Below, piece by piece: positions 18,229 through 27,447 of a stretch of DNA of 32,000 nucleotides; positions within the stretch are counted from its first letter, which is position 1, and each line of letters starts with the position of its first letter. The notes beneath the pieces are model-generated. The model was not told the origin of the DNA. It did not search any database and saw nothing but the letters and a program-made list of their open reading frames with translations. Source of the stretch: Schaalia meyeri (GTDB lineage: Bacteria > Actinomycetota > Actinomycetes > Actinomycetales > Actinomycetaceae). The stretch is from positions 1 to 32,000 of the forward strand of contig NZ_FNLK01000015.1 of NCBI RefSeq assembly GCF_900105015.1, in the 5' to 3' direction. A program made the position numbers and the translations under genes.

Positions 18229-18725
18229 AGCGGATAGAGGCGCGCCTCCTCGCGCGAAGGCTCATGGATGCGTCGGGGCTTGACGCGTGGCGCTTCCGTT
18301 TCGACCGCGCTCGACGCCGGGCGGGGGCATGCTCGCACGCCACGCGCACGATCAGCCTTTCTGGACCGCTCACCGACCTGTACGACCCGGACACTATCAG
18401 GGGCGTCATCCTCCACGAGATCGCCCACGCCCTGGTCGGCCCCTCCCACGGCCACGACGCCACGTGGAGGCGCGCGGCCCTATCCCTGGGCGCGCCCGTC
18501 TCCGCGCGGCTCCCCTCGACCCTGCCCGCGCCCGAGGCCCCCTGGGTGGGCACCTGCCCGCGCTGCGGCGCGACACGCCACCTCTATCGGGCGCCGCGCC
18601 GGGTGTCCTCATGCGGGGCGTGTTCATCCAGCTTCGACCCCTCCCTGATCCTCACCTGGCGGCGGTGCGGTACCCCTGCCTCGCCCGGGCGAGCCTACGA
18701 GCGTGAGCTCGCCCGGATCAACTGA
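18225..18725 (+). CDS. SprT-like zinc metalloprotease domain protein with C-terminal zinc ribbon
   Basis: GTG at 18225 overlaps the hrpA TGA (GTGA). HExxH motif ILHEIAHAL, then CPRCG...CGAC (a CxxC-x-CxxC ribbon). Confidence 0.75.
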   Translation: MKRIEARLLARRLMDASGLDAWRFRFDRARRRAGACSHATRTISLSGPLTDLYDPDTIRGVILHEIAHALVGPSHGHDATWRRAALSLGAPVSARLPSTLPAPEAPWVGTCPRCGATRHLYRAPRRVSSCGACSSSFDPSLILTWRRCGTPASPGRAYERELARIN

Positions 18726-18752
18726 CGGCGCTCAACAATTGGGCCAGACACG

Positions 18753-18790
18753 CCCGGTCCGGCGCCGACGCGCCCCGGCGCCGGACCGGG
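18753..18790 (+). terminator. GC-rich stem-loop downstream of the hrpA/sprT-like pair
   Basis: cccggtccggcgccg (18753-18767) pairs perfectly with cggcgccggaccggg (18776-18790): 15 bp with an 8-nt loop. There is no U-tract, which is common for actinobacterial terminators. Confidence 0.45.
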
Positions 18791-18883
18791 GATGGTGGAT
18801 CTGCACGATGATGCGGCGCGGGCGCGCACGCACCCGCCCACGGGCGATACCCTTGAGGGCATCACCCCCGAGAGAAGGAAGAC

Positions 18884-19417
18884 ATGGGAACCATCGCCAG
18901 CCCCGACGCCACCACTGCCGCCGACCGCGAAGTCCTGACCTGGCAGGGCTTCGGCGACGCGTCTCGCGAACTCGCGCAGCTAATCGCCGACTCCGGGTGG
19001 CTCCCGGACCTGATCGTCGCGATCGCGCGCGGCGGCCTCATTCCCGCCGGCACCATCGCCTATGCGATGGACGTCAAGGCCATCGGCACCATGAACGTCG
19101 AGTTCTATTCCGCCGTCGGTGAGACCCTGTCCGAGCCCGTTCTGCTGCCCCCGCTCATGGACGTGTCCGCGATGGACGGCAAGAAGGTTCTGGTCATTGA
19201 CGACGTTGCCGACTCGGGCAAGACCCTCAAGATGGTCATGGACCTCATCAGCGAGCACGGCCTGTCGTTGGACGGCACCTCCGCCGTGCGCGTTGAGGCT
19301 CGCAGCGCAGTCATCTATAAGAAGCCCGCGTCCATCATCGATCCCGACTACGTGTGGGCGCACACCTCCAGCTGGATCAACTTCCCCTGGTCGACGCTGC
19401 CCGTCATCCAGCCGTGA
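18884..19417 (+). CDS. Phosphoribosyltransferase (xanthine/guanine PRT-like, type I)
   Basis: PRPP-binding motif KKVLVIDDVADSGKTL. N-terminal LTWQGF...IVAIARGGLIPAG and C-terminal WINFPWS resemble Gpt-type PRTases. Confidence 0.8.
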   Translation: MGTIASPDATTAADREVLTWQGFGDASRELAQLIADSGWLPDLIVAIARGGLIPAGTIAYAMDVKAIGTMNVEFYSAVGETLSEPVLLPPLMDVSAMDGKKVLVIDDVADSGKTLKMVMDLISEHGLSLDGTSAVRVEARSAVIYKKPASIIDPDYVWAHTSSWINFPWSTLPVIQP

Positions 19418-20103
19418 CCACGCCGTCGGCTGGCGCGGACCGGCGCGAGGACGCGGGGGCACCCAGGGCGGGCACGGCCTCGCGGATCGTCGCGCGCATC
19501 GTCCAGGCCGTCGCCTCGCGCGCGACGCTCGGCGACCCGGTGCGTGTCCTGGGGTTGACCGGGCCGCCCGGCACCGGCAAGACGACGATCGCCGCCGAAC
19601 TCACCCGCGCCCTCCCCCGGGCGGGCGTGCCCGTCGCGGGGCAGGCCCCCATGGATGGCTTTCACATGTCCAACGCCCTGCTGGCCGATCGGGATCTGGA
19701 CGATCACAAGGGCGCGCCCGACACCTTCGACGTGGGCGGGTACGTTGCCCTGCTGGGGCGGGTGCGCCGCGCCGATTCCGTGGTGCTCGCACCCGACTAT
19801 CGCCGCGACCTGCACGAGCCCGTGGCCGCTTCCCTGCCCATCGAAACCCGCGGCGTCGTCATCACCGAGGGCAACTACCTGGGGCTGGAGCTGCCGGGGT
19901 GGGCGGACGTGCGCGGCCTCATCGATCTGCTCGTCTACATCGACACGCCCTTCCACACCCTGGCGTCGCGCCTGGTCGAACGACACGTGAGTTTTGGCCG
20001 CGACCGGTCGGACGCCGCGCACTGGGTACGCACGGTGGACGCCGCGAACGTGGCCCTCGTGGAGCGCACGAAGCAGCGCGCGGACCTGGTCGTCACGCCG
20101 TAG
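19414..20103 (+). CDS. P-loop nucleoside/nucleotide kinase family protein (uridine kinase/PRK-like)
   Basis: GTG at 19414 overlaps the PRT TGA (GTGA). Walker A LTGPPGTGKTT. PMDGFH and VITEGNYL motifs resemble the PRK/uridine-kinase family. Confidence 0.7.
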   Translation: MTTPSAGADRREDAGAPRAGTASRIVARIVQAVASRATLGDPVRVLGLTGPPGTGKTTIAAELTRALPRAGVPVAGQAPMDGFHMSNALLADRDLDDHKGAPDTFDVGGYVALLGRVRRADSVVLAPDYRRDLHEPVAASLPIETRGVVITEGNYLGLELPGWADVRGLIDLLVYIDTPFHTLASRLVERHVSFGRDRSDAAHWVRTVDAANVALVERTKQRADLVVTP

Positions 20104-20211
20104 GGGCGCCGGGTTTTCGCCGCCGCACAGGCCACCGGCGGGGGTTATTCCAGATTACGCGCACTGCGTACGACACGCATTTGCCCAGCACCGTTACCAT
20201 AAGGTGAACCT

Positions 20212-21570
20212 ATGTTCATTTTACTCGGCCTTCTCGGCGGCCTCATCACGGGTATTTCCCCGTGCATCCTGCCCGTCCTGCCCGCTCTCTTCCTCGGCGC
20301 CGCAGGCGGCCGGGATTCCGCACGATCCGGGGACCAGTCGGTCCCCGCCTCAGCCTCCGCCTCCGAATCCGCCTCTGAGGGTGGGAAGCCGGGCGTGAGC
20401 CCCTCGCTCTTCCAGGTTGCGCCCGGCGTGAACCTGGGAGGTCAGGGCGGCGCGCGTGTACGCAAAGGCGGCGGCGCTGGCACCACGCGCCGGCCCCTGC
20501 TGATCGTCGCGGGCCTGGTCACCTCGTTCATGCTGATCACGGTCGCGGGTTCCGCGCTGCTTGCCCTGCTCCACCTGCCCCAGAACCTGATCCGCTGGGT
20601 CGGCGTCGTCCTGCTCGGGGCGGTCGGCATCGGCATGATCATTCCCTCGGTGATGGAGGTCCTGGAGAGGCCGTTTGCGCGCCTGGCTCCCCGCACCTCG
20701 TCCAACGCGGCGGGCTTCGGCCTGGGCCTGATCCTGGGTGCTGCCTTCGTGCCCTGCGCGGGGCCGGTCCTGACCTCGATCATCGTCGCGTCGAACACCG
20801 GACAGGTCACGTGGCGCATCGTCGGCTTAGCGTTCTCCTTCGCGGTCGGCGTGGCGATCCCCCTGCTGGTCGTCGCCCTGGCGGGTTCGGGCGTCGCGGC
20901 CCGCTTCCTGCGCGAACGCCAGCGCCCGCTGCGCGTGGCCGCCGGTGTCGCCATGCTCGCCCTGGCGCTCGGTATCGCGACCGACGCGCCCACCGCCCTG
21001 CAGCGCTTGATCCCCGACTACACGGCTTCCCTGCAGGCCGAGGCCAAGCATACCTGCGACGACGGCGTGTGCGAGCCCGAAACACAGATGGAGGCGCGCA
21101 CCGACTTCGCCCAGTGCGCGAGGGGCACGGGCCAGGGATGCGGGAAGCTGCCGGCCATCAACTCGTCGGACTGGCGAGGCGCGCTGAGCGAGCCCCACGG
21201 CACCGTCACGCTGGTGGACTTCTGGTCGAGCTCGTGCGTCATCTGTGCGCGTGAGATCCCCGAAATCGAGCGGATCTACGAGAAGTACAAGGACGCGGGC
21301 CTGGTCGTGATCGGCGTGCATTCCCCGCAGTATGCCCAAGACCGCGATCCCGGCACGGTGACCAGCGCTATCAAGCGCCTGGGCATCACCTACCCGGTCG
21401 CGCTGGACACGGATCTGACGACCTTCCAGGACTACGGGGTCGCCGCGTGGCCGACGCATTACCTGGCCGGGGAAGACGGGCAGCTGCGCCAGGTGGGCCA
21501 GGGCACCAACGGGCTCGAGGAGCAGGTGCGTGCGCTGCTCACCGAGGCGGGCGCGACTCTGCCGGACTAG
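20212..21570 (+). CDS. DipZ-like fusion: CcdA/DsbD-type thiol-disulfide transmembrane domain + TlpA-like thioredoxin domain
   Basis: ISPCILPVLP and FVPCAGPVL are the two CcdA cysteine motifs. The C-terminal thioredoxin fold has DFWSSSCVICAREIP (CxxC). A low-complexity insertion of about 60 aa follows TM1. Confidence 0.85.
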   Translation: MFILLGLLGGLITGISPCILPVLPALFLGAAGGRDSARSGDQSVPASASASESASEGGKPGVSPSLFQVAPGVNLGGQGGARVRKGGGAGTTRRPLLIVAGLVTSFMLITVAGSALLALLHLPQNLIRWVGVVLLGAVGIGMIIPSVMEVLERPFARLAPRTSSNAAGFGLGLILGAAFVPCAGPVLTSIIVASNTGQVTWRIVGLAFSFAVGVAIPLLVVALAGSGVAARFLRERQRPLRVAAGVAMLALALGIATDAPTALQRLIPDYTASLQAEAKHTCDDGVCEPETQMEARTDFAQCARGTGQGCGKLPAINSSDWRGALSEPHGTVTLVDFWSSSCVICAREIPEIERIYEKYKDAGLVVIGVHSPQYAQDRDPGTVTSAIKRLGITYPVALDTDLTTFQDYGVAAWPTHYLAGEDGQLRQVGQGTNGLEEQVRALLTEAGATLPD

Positions 21571-22139
21571 GCCGACGGTCTGCCCCGCCCCCCGGGGTCC
21601 TTCGTGAGCAACAGCTCCAGCAGGCGCGGCGTGACGCGCTCGATGACAGCGCGCGTGTCCAGGAAGTCCTGGTGGCCGCCGTACCACGGGTCGGGCACGT
21701 CGCCGCTGCCCTCGGGGTCACAATCGCGGTACAGGCAGATGAGCGGGACGCCCGGCCACGGTCCACCGCGCGCCCCCTCGGCCGCGCGACCACGCGGCGC
21801 GCCCCGGTACTCGATTCCCGCCCGCTCGGCGAGGCGCCGCAGGGCGCTCAGGTGCCGCCCGGTCATGGCCAAGACGATGTCCCACCGCCCCAGCTCGCTC
21901 GCGTTCACCTGGCGCGCCCGGTGATCGGGGACGTCGTATCCGGCGTCGCGCAGGACGCGGGCGGCGCGCCGGTCGATGGGGTTGCCGTGTTCCTCGTCGG
22001 AGATGCCCGCGCTGTCCACGACGACGCTCACACCTGCGCGCGCGGCGCTCTGTTCGAGGATGGCGTGGGCCATGGTGGAGCGGCAGATGTTGCCGGTGCA
22101 CACCATGAGGACGCGCGCGGGATCGCTGTGGGTGCTCAT
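21567..22139 (-). CDS. Low-molecular-weight protein-tyrosine phosphatase / ArsC-like family
   Basis: VLMVCTGNICRST (the CX5R(S/T) P-loop) and the DPWYGG Asp-loop. Start set at the ATG at 22139, which overlaps the upstream stop (ATGA). The longer ORF to 22370 is rejected. Confidence 0.85.
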   Translation of the reverse strand: MSTHSDPARVLMVCTGNICRSTMAHAILEQSAARAGVSVVVDSAGISDEEHGNPIDRRAARVLRDAGYDVPDHRARQVNASELGRWDIVLAMTGRHLSALRRLAERAGIEYRGAPRGRAAEGARGGPWPGVPLICLYRDCDPEGSGDVPDPWYGGHQDFLDTRAVIERVTPRLLELLLTKDPGGRGRPSA

Positions 22140-22888
22140 AGCAGCCCCAGGTAGGCCATGACGGCCCGCGCGCTGTGGGAGGCGGCGCGCTGCCCGTCCA
22201 TGTGGAAGGCTTGGTCGGCGCCGGGGTCGCACAGGTCGGAGACGGCGCGCAAAGAGATCCAGTCGACGCCACTGGACCAGCAGACCTGGGCCATGGCGCA
22301 GGTCTCCATATCGGCCCCGATCGCGTCGGGGAAGCGCTCGCGAATGGGGTCGGCGTGCTCTGGGGTGCAAAAAGAGTCGGAGGACACGATGCGCCCGTCG
22401 CGCACCCGATAGGCGATCATTCCGGCGAGCTCCCTAAGGCGCGCGGCGGCAGCCTCGGAAGAGGAGTATTCGACGGGCATCTGCGGCACCTGCCCCGGGG
22501 CGTATCCGAAGGGGGTCGCGTCGGCCTGCCCGTAGATCGCGGTGGTTCCCGCGGCGATGTCGCCGACGTTGATGTCGCGGGCGAGCCCGCCGGTGGTGCC
22601 CGCGGCGATGACCACGGGCGCGTGGGCCAGGGTGAGGGCGCGCGCGGTCGCGGAGGCGGCGTTGGCCAACCCGATACCGGAGGTGACGACCAGGACGGTG
22701 CGCCCGCCCAGCTCCCCGAGGGCGAAACGCTGGGTCTTGTGTGTCCCGGCCAGGACGGCCTGCGGTGCCTCGTCGTCCCCGATGGGCATCAGCTCGTGCA
22801 AAAGCGGCGCGGCCTCCATATCCATGGCGGCTTGGATGATGGCGTCGACGTGAACGCGCCTGGGGAAACGCAGATTCATGCCCTCCAT
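22136..22888 (-). CDS. mtnN: 5'-methylthioadenosine/S-adenosylhomocysteine nucleosidase family (PNP_UDP_1 fold)
   Basis: Matches the Pfs layout: VLVVTSGIGLANAA, AAGTTGGL, DADMETCAMAQVC and SLRAVSDL, which correspond to the E. coli MtnN motifs. It could instead be the futalosine-pathway paralog. Confidence 0.8.
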   Translation of the reverse strand: MEGMNLRFPRRVHVDAIIQAAMDMEAAPLLHELMPIGDDEAPQAVLAGTHKTQRFALGELGGRTVLVVTSGIGLANAASATARALTLAHAPVVIAAGTTGGLARDINVGDIAAGTTAIYGQADATPFGYAPGQVPQMPVEYSSSEAAAARLRELAGMIAYRVRDGRIVSSDSFCTPEHADPIRERFPDAIGADMETCAMAQVCWSSGVDWISLRAVSDLCDPGADQAFHMDGQRAASHSARAVMAYLGLL

Positions 22889-23003
22889 GTTAGGCGAACG
22901 GCCCGTCCCGGGCGCGCTCTCCCGGGGCCGGTGCGCCCGCCTTCACGATCCATCAAGTCGTTCTTGAGCCACTGGGGCGGACAGCTGCTGCACAATAGAG
23001 TCT

Positions 23004-24773
23004 ATGGACCTACGCCCCGTCGCTCTCGGCGCACCCGTCACCACCTACGATCCGACGCGCCCCACGCCCGCCGCCATTGTCTCCGGCGAGATCGCCGCGC
23101 ACGACGCGCCCCACCCGCTGTCGGTCTTCGACATGTTCCGCATCGGCATCGGGCCATCCTCGTCCCACACGGTGGGCCCGATGCGCGCGGGCCTGGCTTT
23201 CACGACGGAGCTGACGACGCTGACGCCGCCGACCCACATCACGGTCGACCTGTTCGGCTCCCTGGGGGCCACGGGGCGCGGTCACTCCACGGACCGCGCG
23301 GTGCTCCTGGGCCTGGCGGGATACGACCCCGAGACCGTCGATATCGAGACGGTTGACACCATTGTGCCGACCCTGGCGCGCACGGGAAACCTGACGCTGC
23401 CGAGCGGCACGCAGGTTGCGCTCGACATCGCGCGAGACGTCCGCTTCGCTGCGCGCACGATTCTCCCCTATCACGTGAACGCGCTGACCATCACGGCATC
23501 CGGGGAGGATGGCGGCATCGTCCTGCAACGCACGTACTATTCGGTGGGCGGCGGTTTCGTCATGATTCAGACGAACGACGACACCGACCGCCCCGAGGTT
23601 TCGTCGCTGGCAACCAGCCAGGCCGGGGTCGGCATCGACGTTCCCGCGCCGCACCCCTTTACGTCGGGCGCGCAGCTGCTGGCCCGGTGCGACGCGACGG
23701 GCATGAGTATCGCGCAGCTGGTTCGAGCCAACGAAGAGGCGGTCCGGCCTCGCGAGGCCGTGAACGCCTACCTCGACCGCATCGCCGACACGATGTTTGA
23801 CTGCGTGGACGCGGGCGCCTCGGCGACCGGGATCCTGCCGGGAGGGTTGGACGTGCCTCGCCGCGCACGCGCGCTGGCCGGCAAACTCGCGCAGCGCCTG
23901 ACAGGTGCCCCTCCCGTTTCGGGGAATCGGGCCGAAAACGGCCCGAATGCCGAGGCGGCCGCGGCGGGCCGCGATCGTTTCGACGGTACGCGCGCATGGG
24001 TGTCCACCGTGGCCGACCCCATGCGCGCGATGGACTGGGTGAACCTCTTTGCGCTGGCCGTGAACGAAGAGAATGCCGCGGGGCACCGCGTCGTCACCGC
24101 GCCCACCAACGGTGCCTCGGGGGTCATTCCCGCGGTGCTCGGCTACCTCGTGACCCACTGCCCGGAGACCGGTTCCACTCCCGGCGTGGCCGCGGGGCCC
24201 GCCACGAAAGACCGTGCGGTCGCCCCCCTCGCTCACATCCGCATGAGGCCACAGTCCCCGGCAGACCCCGACCTGTCACCCGGCGAGGCCGCGTCCGGCA
24301 ACTCCTCTGCGAGCGCGCAGGTGGGCCGCCGACGCACACTCGTGCACGATTTCCTGCTCACGGCGACGGCTATCGGCGCGCTCATCAAGACGAACGCTTC
24401 CATTGCGGGGGCCGAGGTCGGCTGCCAGGGCGAGGTCGGATCGGCCTCGGCGATGGCCGCGGCCGGGCTGGCGCAGGCGCTGGGCGGCACCCCGCAGCAG
24501 GTCGAGAACGCGGCGGAGATCGCGATGGAGCATTCGCTGGGGCTCACGTGTGACCCGGTGGCCGGCCTGGTGCAGGTGCCGTGCATCGAGCGCAACGCTA
24601 TCGCTGCGGTCAAGGCGATCAACGCGGCACGCATGGCCCTGTGGGGCGACGGACGGCACACCGTGAGCCTGGACGTCGTCATCGAAACGATGCGTCAGAC
24701 GGGTAACGACATGCTCTCCAAATACAAGGAGACATCCGAGGGTGGATTGGCCGTCAACGTCGTGGAGTGCTGA
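23004..24773 (+). CDS. sdaA: L-serine ammonia-lyase, iron-sulfur dependent, single chain
   Basis: [21 protein letters not shown] (beta-domain N-terminus), [21 protein letters not shown] and [17 protein letters not shown] (alpha domain). There is a leader of about 40 aa before the canonical N-terminus, so the start is uncertain. An internal low-complexity insertion is also present. Confidence 0.88.
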   Translation: MDLRPVALGAPVTTYDPTRPTPAAIVSGEIAAHDAPHPLSVFDMFRIGIGPSSSHTVGPMRAGLAFTTELTTLTPPTHITVDLFGSLGATGRGHSTDRAVLLGLAGYDPETVDIETVDTIVPTLARTGNLTLPSGTQVALDIARDVRFAARTILPYHVNALTITASGEDGGIVLQRTYYSVGGGFVMIQTNDDTDRPEVSSLATSQAGVGIDVPAPHPFTSGAQLLARCDATGMSIAQLVRANEEAVRPREAVNAYLDRIADTMFDCVDAGASATGILPGGLDVPRRARALAGKLAQRLTGAPPVSGNRAENGPNAEAAAAGRDRFDGTRAWVSTVADPMRAMDWVNLFALAVNEENAAGHRVVTAPTNGASGVIPAVLGYLVTHCPETGSTPGVAAGPATKDRAVAPLAHIRMRPQSPADPDLSPGEAASGNSSASAQVGRRRTLVHDFLLTATAIGALIKTNASIAGAEVGCQGEVGSASAMAAAGLAQALGGTPQQVENAAEIAMEHSLGLTCDPVAGLVQVPCIERNAIAAVKAINAARMALWGDGRHTVSLDVVIETMRQTGNDMLSKYKETSEGGLAVNVVEC

Positions 24774-24811
24774 GGGCGGCGCAGGTACACCTGCCAGAGG
24801 CACCCCACCGC

Positions 24812-24845
24812 GGGGTGGCCCGCCCAATCAGCGGGCCGGCCACCC
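24812..24845. terminator. Stem-loop between convergent sdaA and the ABC permease (possible bidirectional terminator)
   Basis: ggcccgc (24817-24823) pairs with gcgggcc (24831-24837) around a 7-nt loop. The stem extends with gggt/accc (24813-16 / 24842-45) across a 4-nt bulge. Confidence 0.35.
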
Positions 24846-24866
24846 TGCAAAGCCCGGCGCGATTGC

Positions 24867-27389
24867 CTACTCCGTCGCGAGCGCCTCGGAGGGGCTGACG
24901 CGGGCGGCGCGGCGGCCGGGCAGCCAGGAGGCGACCAGCGCGGACAGGACGGCAATCGCGCAGACCGCGGCCAGCTGCACCCAGGGGACAGTCAGCACGG
25001 GGGTGGCTCCTTCGATGGGGAGGGCCTTGATACCGACCCAGCCGAAGCCGGTCCCCAGAGCCAGGCCGATGAGCGCCCCCGTGAGCGACAGGAACAGGGC
25101 TTCGAGGGCCAGGAGCCCCTTCATTTGACGTCGCGTGAGGCCCAGCGCTCGCAGCAGCCCGTTTTCGCGGGTGCGTTCCGCGACGGACAGGGACAGGGTG
25201 TTGGCGACCCCGACCAGGGACACCAGGACGGACACACCGAGGAGCCCAACGAGGACGATCATCAGTTTGTCGATGGTCTTCAAGTACACCTGGCGTTCGA
25301 GGGCGCTGCCGGAGACACTCAGGGATGAGTCTTTGAGCAGGGCGGCTTGGACCGCCTCGACGTTAGCGCCGTCGGCCAGCTTGATGATGACGGCTTGGCG
25401 CACGGGGTCGGCGATGCGCCGCAGGGTCGATTCGGAAACGGTGGCTTTCCCGTAGTCGGTGCGCTTGCTGTGCACGGCGGTCAGGTCCACGCAGGTGGAG
25501 CCACACAGCCGCAGCGTTTGCCCGGCCAGGGACTCCTCCCCGACACTCACCTGGTCGTCTCTGATCTGGGTGACGGAGGAGTGGGCGACGGCTGCATAGT
25601 CCGGCTGCCCGATGATCATGACCGCCGAGTCCATGTCCGCCTCGCCGCTGCCCCCGGACGTTTTGTAGGCGGGTGCGCCCGACGTGGTGGTGAGGGTGCC
25701 GCTGGCGGAGTACTGGTCCGCGATGGCGGCGACGCCCTCGGTGCCCGCGATGGTGGCTCTCTGGTCATCAGTGAGGGTTCCGGTCGTGCTCACTGCGATG
25801 AGATCAAAGGGCCTGGCTGAGTTGACCGCGTTGGTCAGGGTGGTGCGCATGGAGGCGGCTCCCACCATGATGGTGACGACCAGGGTGACGCCAATGATGA
25901 TGGCGGCGCCCGTGGCGGAGGTTCGTCCGGGGTTGCGGGTGGTGTTCTCGCGCGCCATGGCGGCCAGCGTTCCGGGGAATGCGATACCGAATCCGCGGGT
26001 GAGGGCGGGCAAGAGAACCGAGATCGCCAGGAGCGCGCCGATGAGGGCGAGCAGCGATCCACCGAAGGAACCCAGGAACTTGTGGGAAGCATCCGCCATG
26101 CGCCACGCGACGGCCACCAGGGTTATCCCGCCTGCCGCGATGAGCAGGCCGAGGACGAAGCGTACGGTGTGCTTCTTGCGGGCGGCGGCTCCGGTCTCGT
26201 TGACGGGGGCGAGCGCGGCGACGGGGGCGACGCGGGAGGCGGCGCGCGCGGGAAAAATGCCGACGAAGGTCGTAAAGATGGTGGCACCCAGCCAGGTGCC
26301 GACGACCTGCAAGATGGACAGGGAGGCCAGCGCGGAGGTGAAGCTATCGGCCAACCCGGTGCCCACCACTGCGAGCACGCCAATCAGCGCACCGCATGCG
26401 ACGCCAATCGCGGATGAGATCGCGCCGATCGCGAAGGCTTCGCGCGTGACCAGCGAACGCACCTGACGCCTCGTTGCCCCCAGGATGCGCAGCAGCGCCA
26501 GTTCGCGGGTCCGCTGGGTGAGGACAACGCGGAAGGTCGAAGAAACCACGATGGAGGCAACGAGCGCCGCAATTGCGGGGAATGCCATCATGATCGCCAT
26601 CATCGCGGCGGCTCCCAGCTGTGCCTGCTTCAGGTCGTCGTTGATCTTTTCGTGGACGCTGGTCACCGTCATGCCGGGGATCCCACTGAGCTTGGACTGC
26701 GTGGTTGCCACCCACGTCTCCTGGGTGGCCTGGGAAGGGTTTGCGTTTGAGTCCGTATCGGGGGAGGAGGTGGCCACCAGGAACGCCCCGGCGGTGGTGC
26801 CAAAGATGGACGAGAATCCCCCGTCGGTGACGTATGTGGTGGGAATCCCCCCGCTGAAGGAATCCGAGCGGGTCGTGCCGACGACGGTCACGGTGGTAAA
26901 GGCGCCCTCGGCGAAGCCCGCGCGGATGCGCAGGGTGTCACCGATCGTCACCTTCAGGGACGAGGCCGTGGATTCGGGGAGGGCCACCTGGTCGTCGGCG
27001 GTGGGTCGGCTTCCGGCCGTCAGGTCGGGGGGCGTGAAGGGGTCGGGGGCCAGGGGTGAGACGTAGAGGCGGCCGCGGGTCGAATCGGTTTGGACGTCGG
27101 CGGGCCACTGGGCGAGGTGTTTGATGGCGGTCACGCCGGGGGTCGCGCGCAGGGCGGCTTCGGCGCGCGAGGCGGAGTCGGCCTCGGCGTCGGTGCCCTG
27201 TTCGACGAGGATGGTTCCTCCCCGGTATCGGGAGTAGACGCCGGCGCTGAGGCCGCCGGTCAGGGCGGTCATGACGACCAGCGTGATGATGATGAAGGCG
27301 GAGGAGATGGCGACGGCAAGGCCGGTGGAGATGTAGCGGCGGCCGTGGGAGCGCAGATTGGCGCGCAGGAGCGTGTTTGTTGCAGACAT
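24867..27389 (-). CDS. ABC transporter permease, FtsX/MacB-like, duplicated (two FtsX units)
   Basis: 840 aa. N-terminal TM, large extracytoplasmic domain and a 3-TM FtsX block, with this layout then repeated. This architecture is typical of actinobacterial MacB-type permeases. Confidence 0.85.
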   Translation of the reverse strand: MSATNTLLRANLRSHGRRYISTGLAVAISSAFIIITLVVMTALTGGLSAGVYSRYRGGTILVEQGTDAEADSASRAEAALRATPGVTAIKHLAQWPADVQTDSTRGRLYVSPLAPDPFTPPDLTAGSRPTADDQVALPESTASSLKVTIGDTLRIRAGFAEGAFTTVTVVGTTRSDSFSGGIPTTYVTDGGFSSIFGTTAGAFLVATSSPDTDSNANPSQATQETWVATTQSKLSGIPGMTVTSVHEKINDDLKQAQLGAAAMMAIMMAFPAIAALVASIVVSSTFRVVLTQRTRELALLRILGATRRQVRSLVTREAFAIGAISSAIGVACGALIGVLAVVGTGLADSFTSALASLSILQVVGTWLGATIFTTFVGIFPARAASRVAPVAALAPVNETGAAARKKHTVRFVLGLLIAAGGITLVAVAWRMADASHKFLGSFGGSLLALIGALLAISVLLPALTRGFGIAFPGTLAAMARENTTRNPGRTSATGAAIIIGVTLVVTIMVGAASMRTTLTNAVNSARPFDLIAVSTTGTLTDDQRATIAGTEGVAAIADQYSASGTLTTTSGAPAYKTSGGSGEADMDSAVMIIGQPDYAAVAHSSVTQIRDDQVSVGEESLAGQTLRLCGSTCVDLTAVHSKRTDYGKATVSESTLRRIADPVRQAVIIKLADGANVEAVQAALLKDSSLSVSGSALERQVYLKTIDKLMIVLVGLLGVSVLVSLVGVANTLSLSVAERTRENGLLRALGLTRRQMKGLLALEALFLSLTGALIGLALGTGFGWVGIKALPIEGATPVLTVPWVQLAAVCAIAVLSALVASWLPGRRAARVSPSEALATE

Positions 27390-27447
27390 GGTATGAGCCT
27401 TGGGATCGTGCGGGCGCGGGAATGCCGCGCGGAATCGACGCGGGTGG

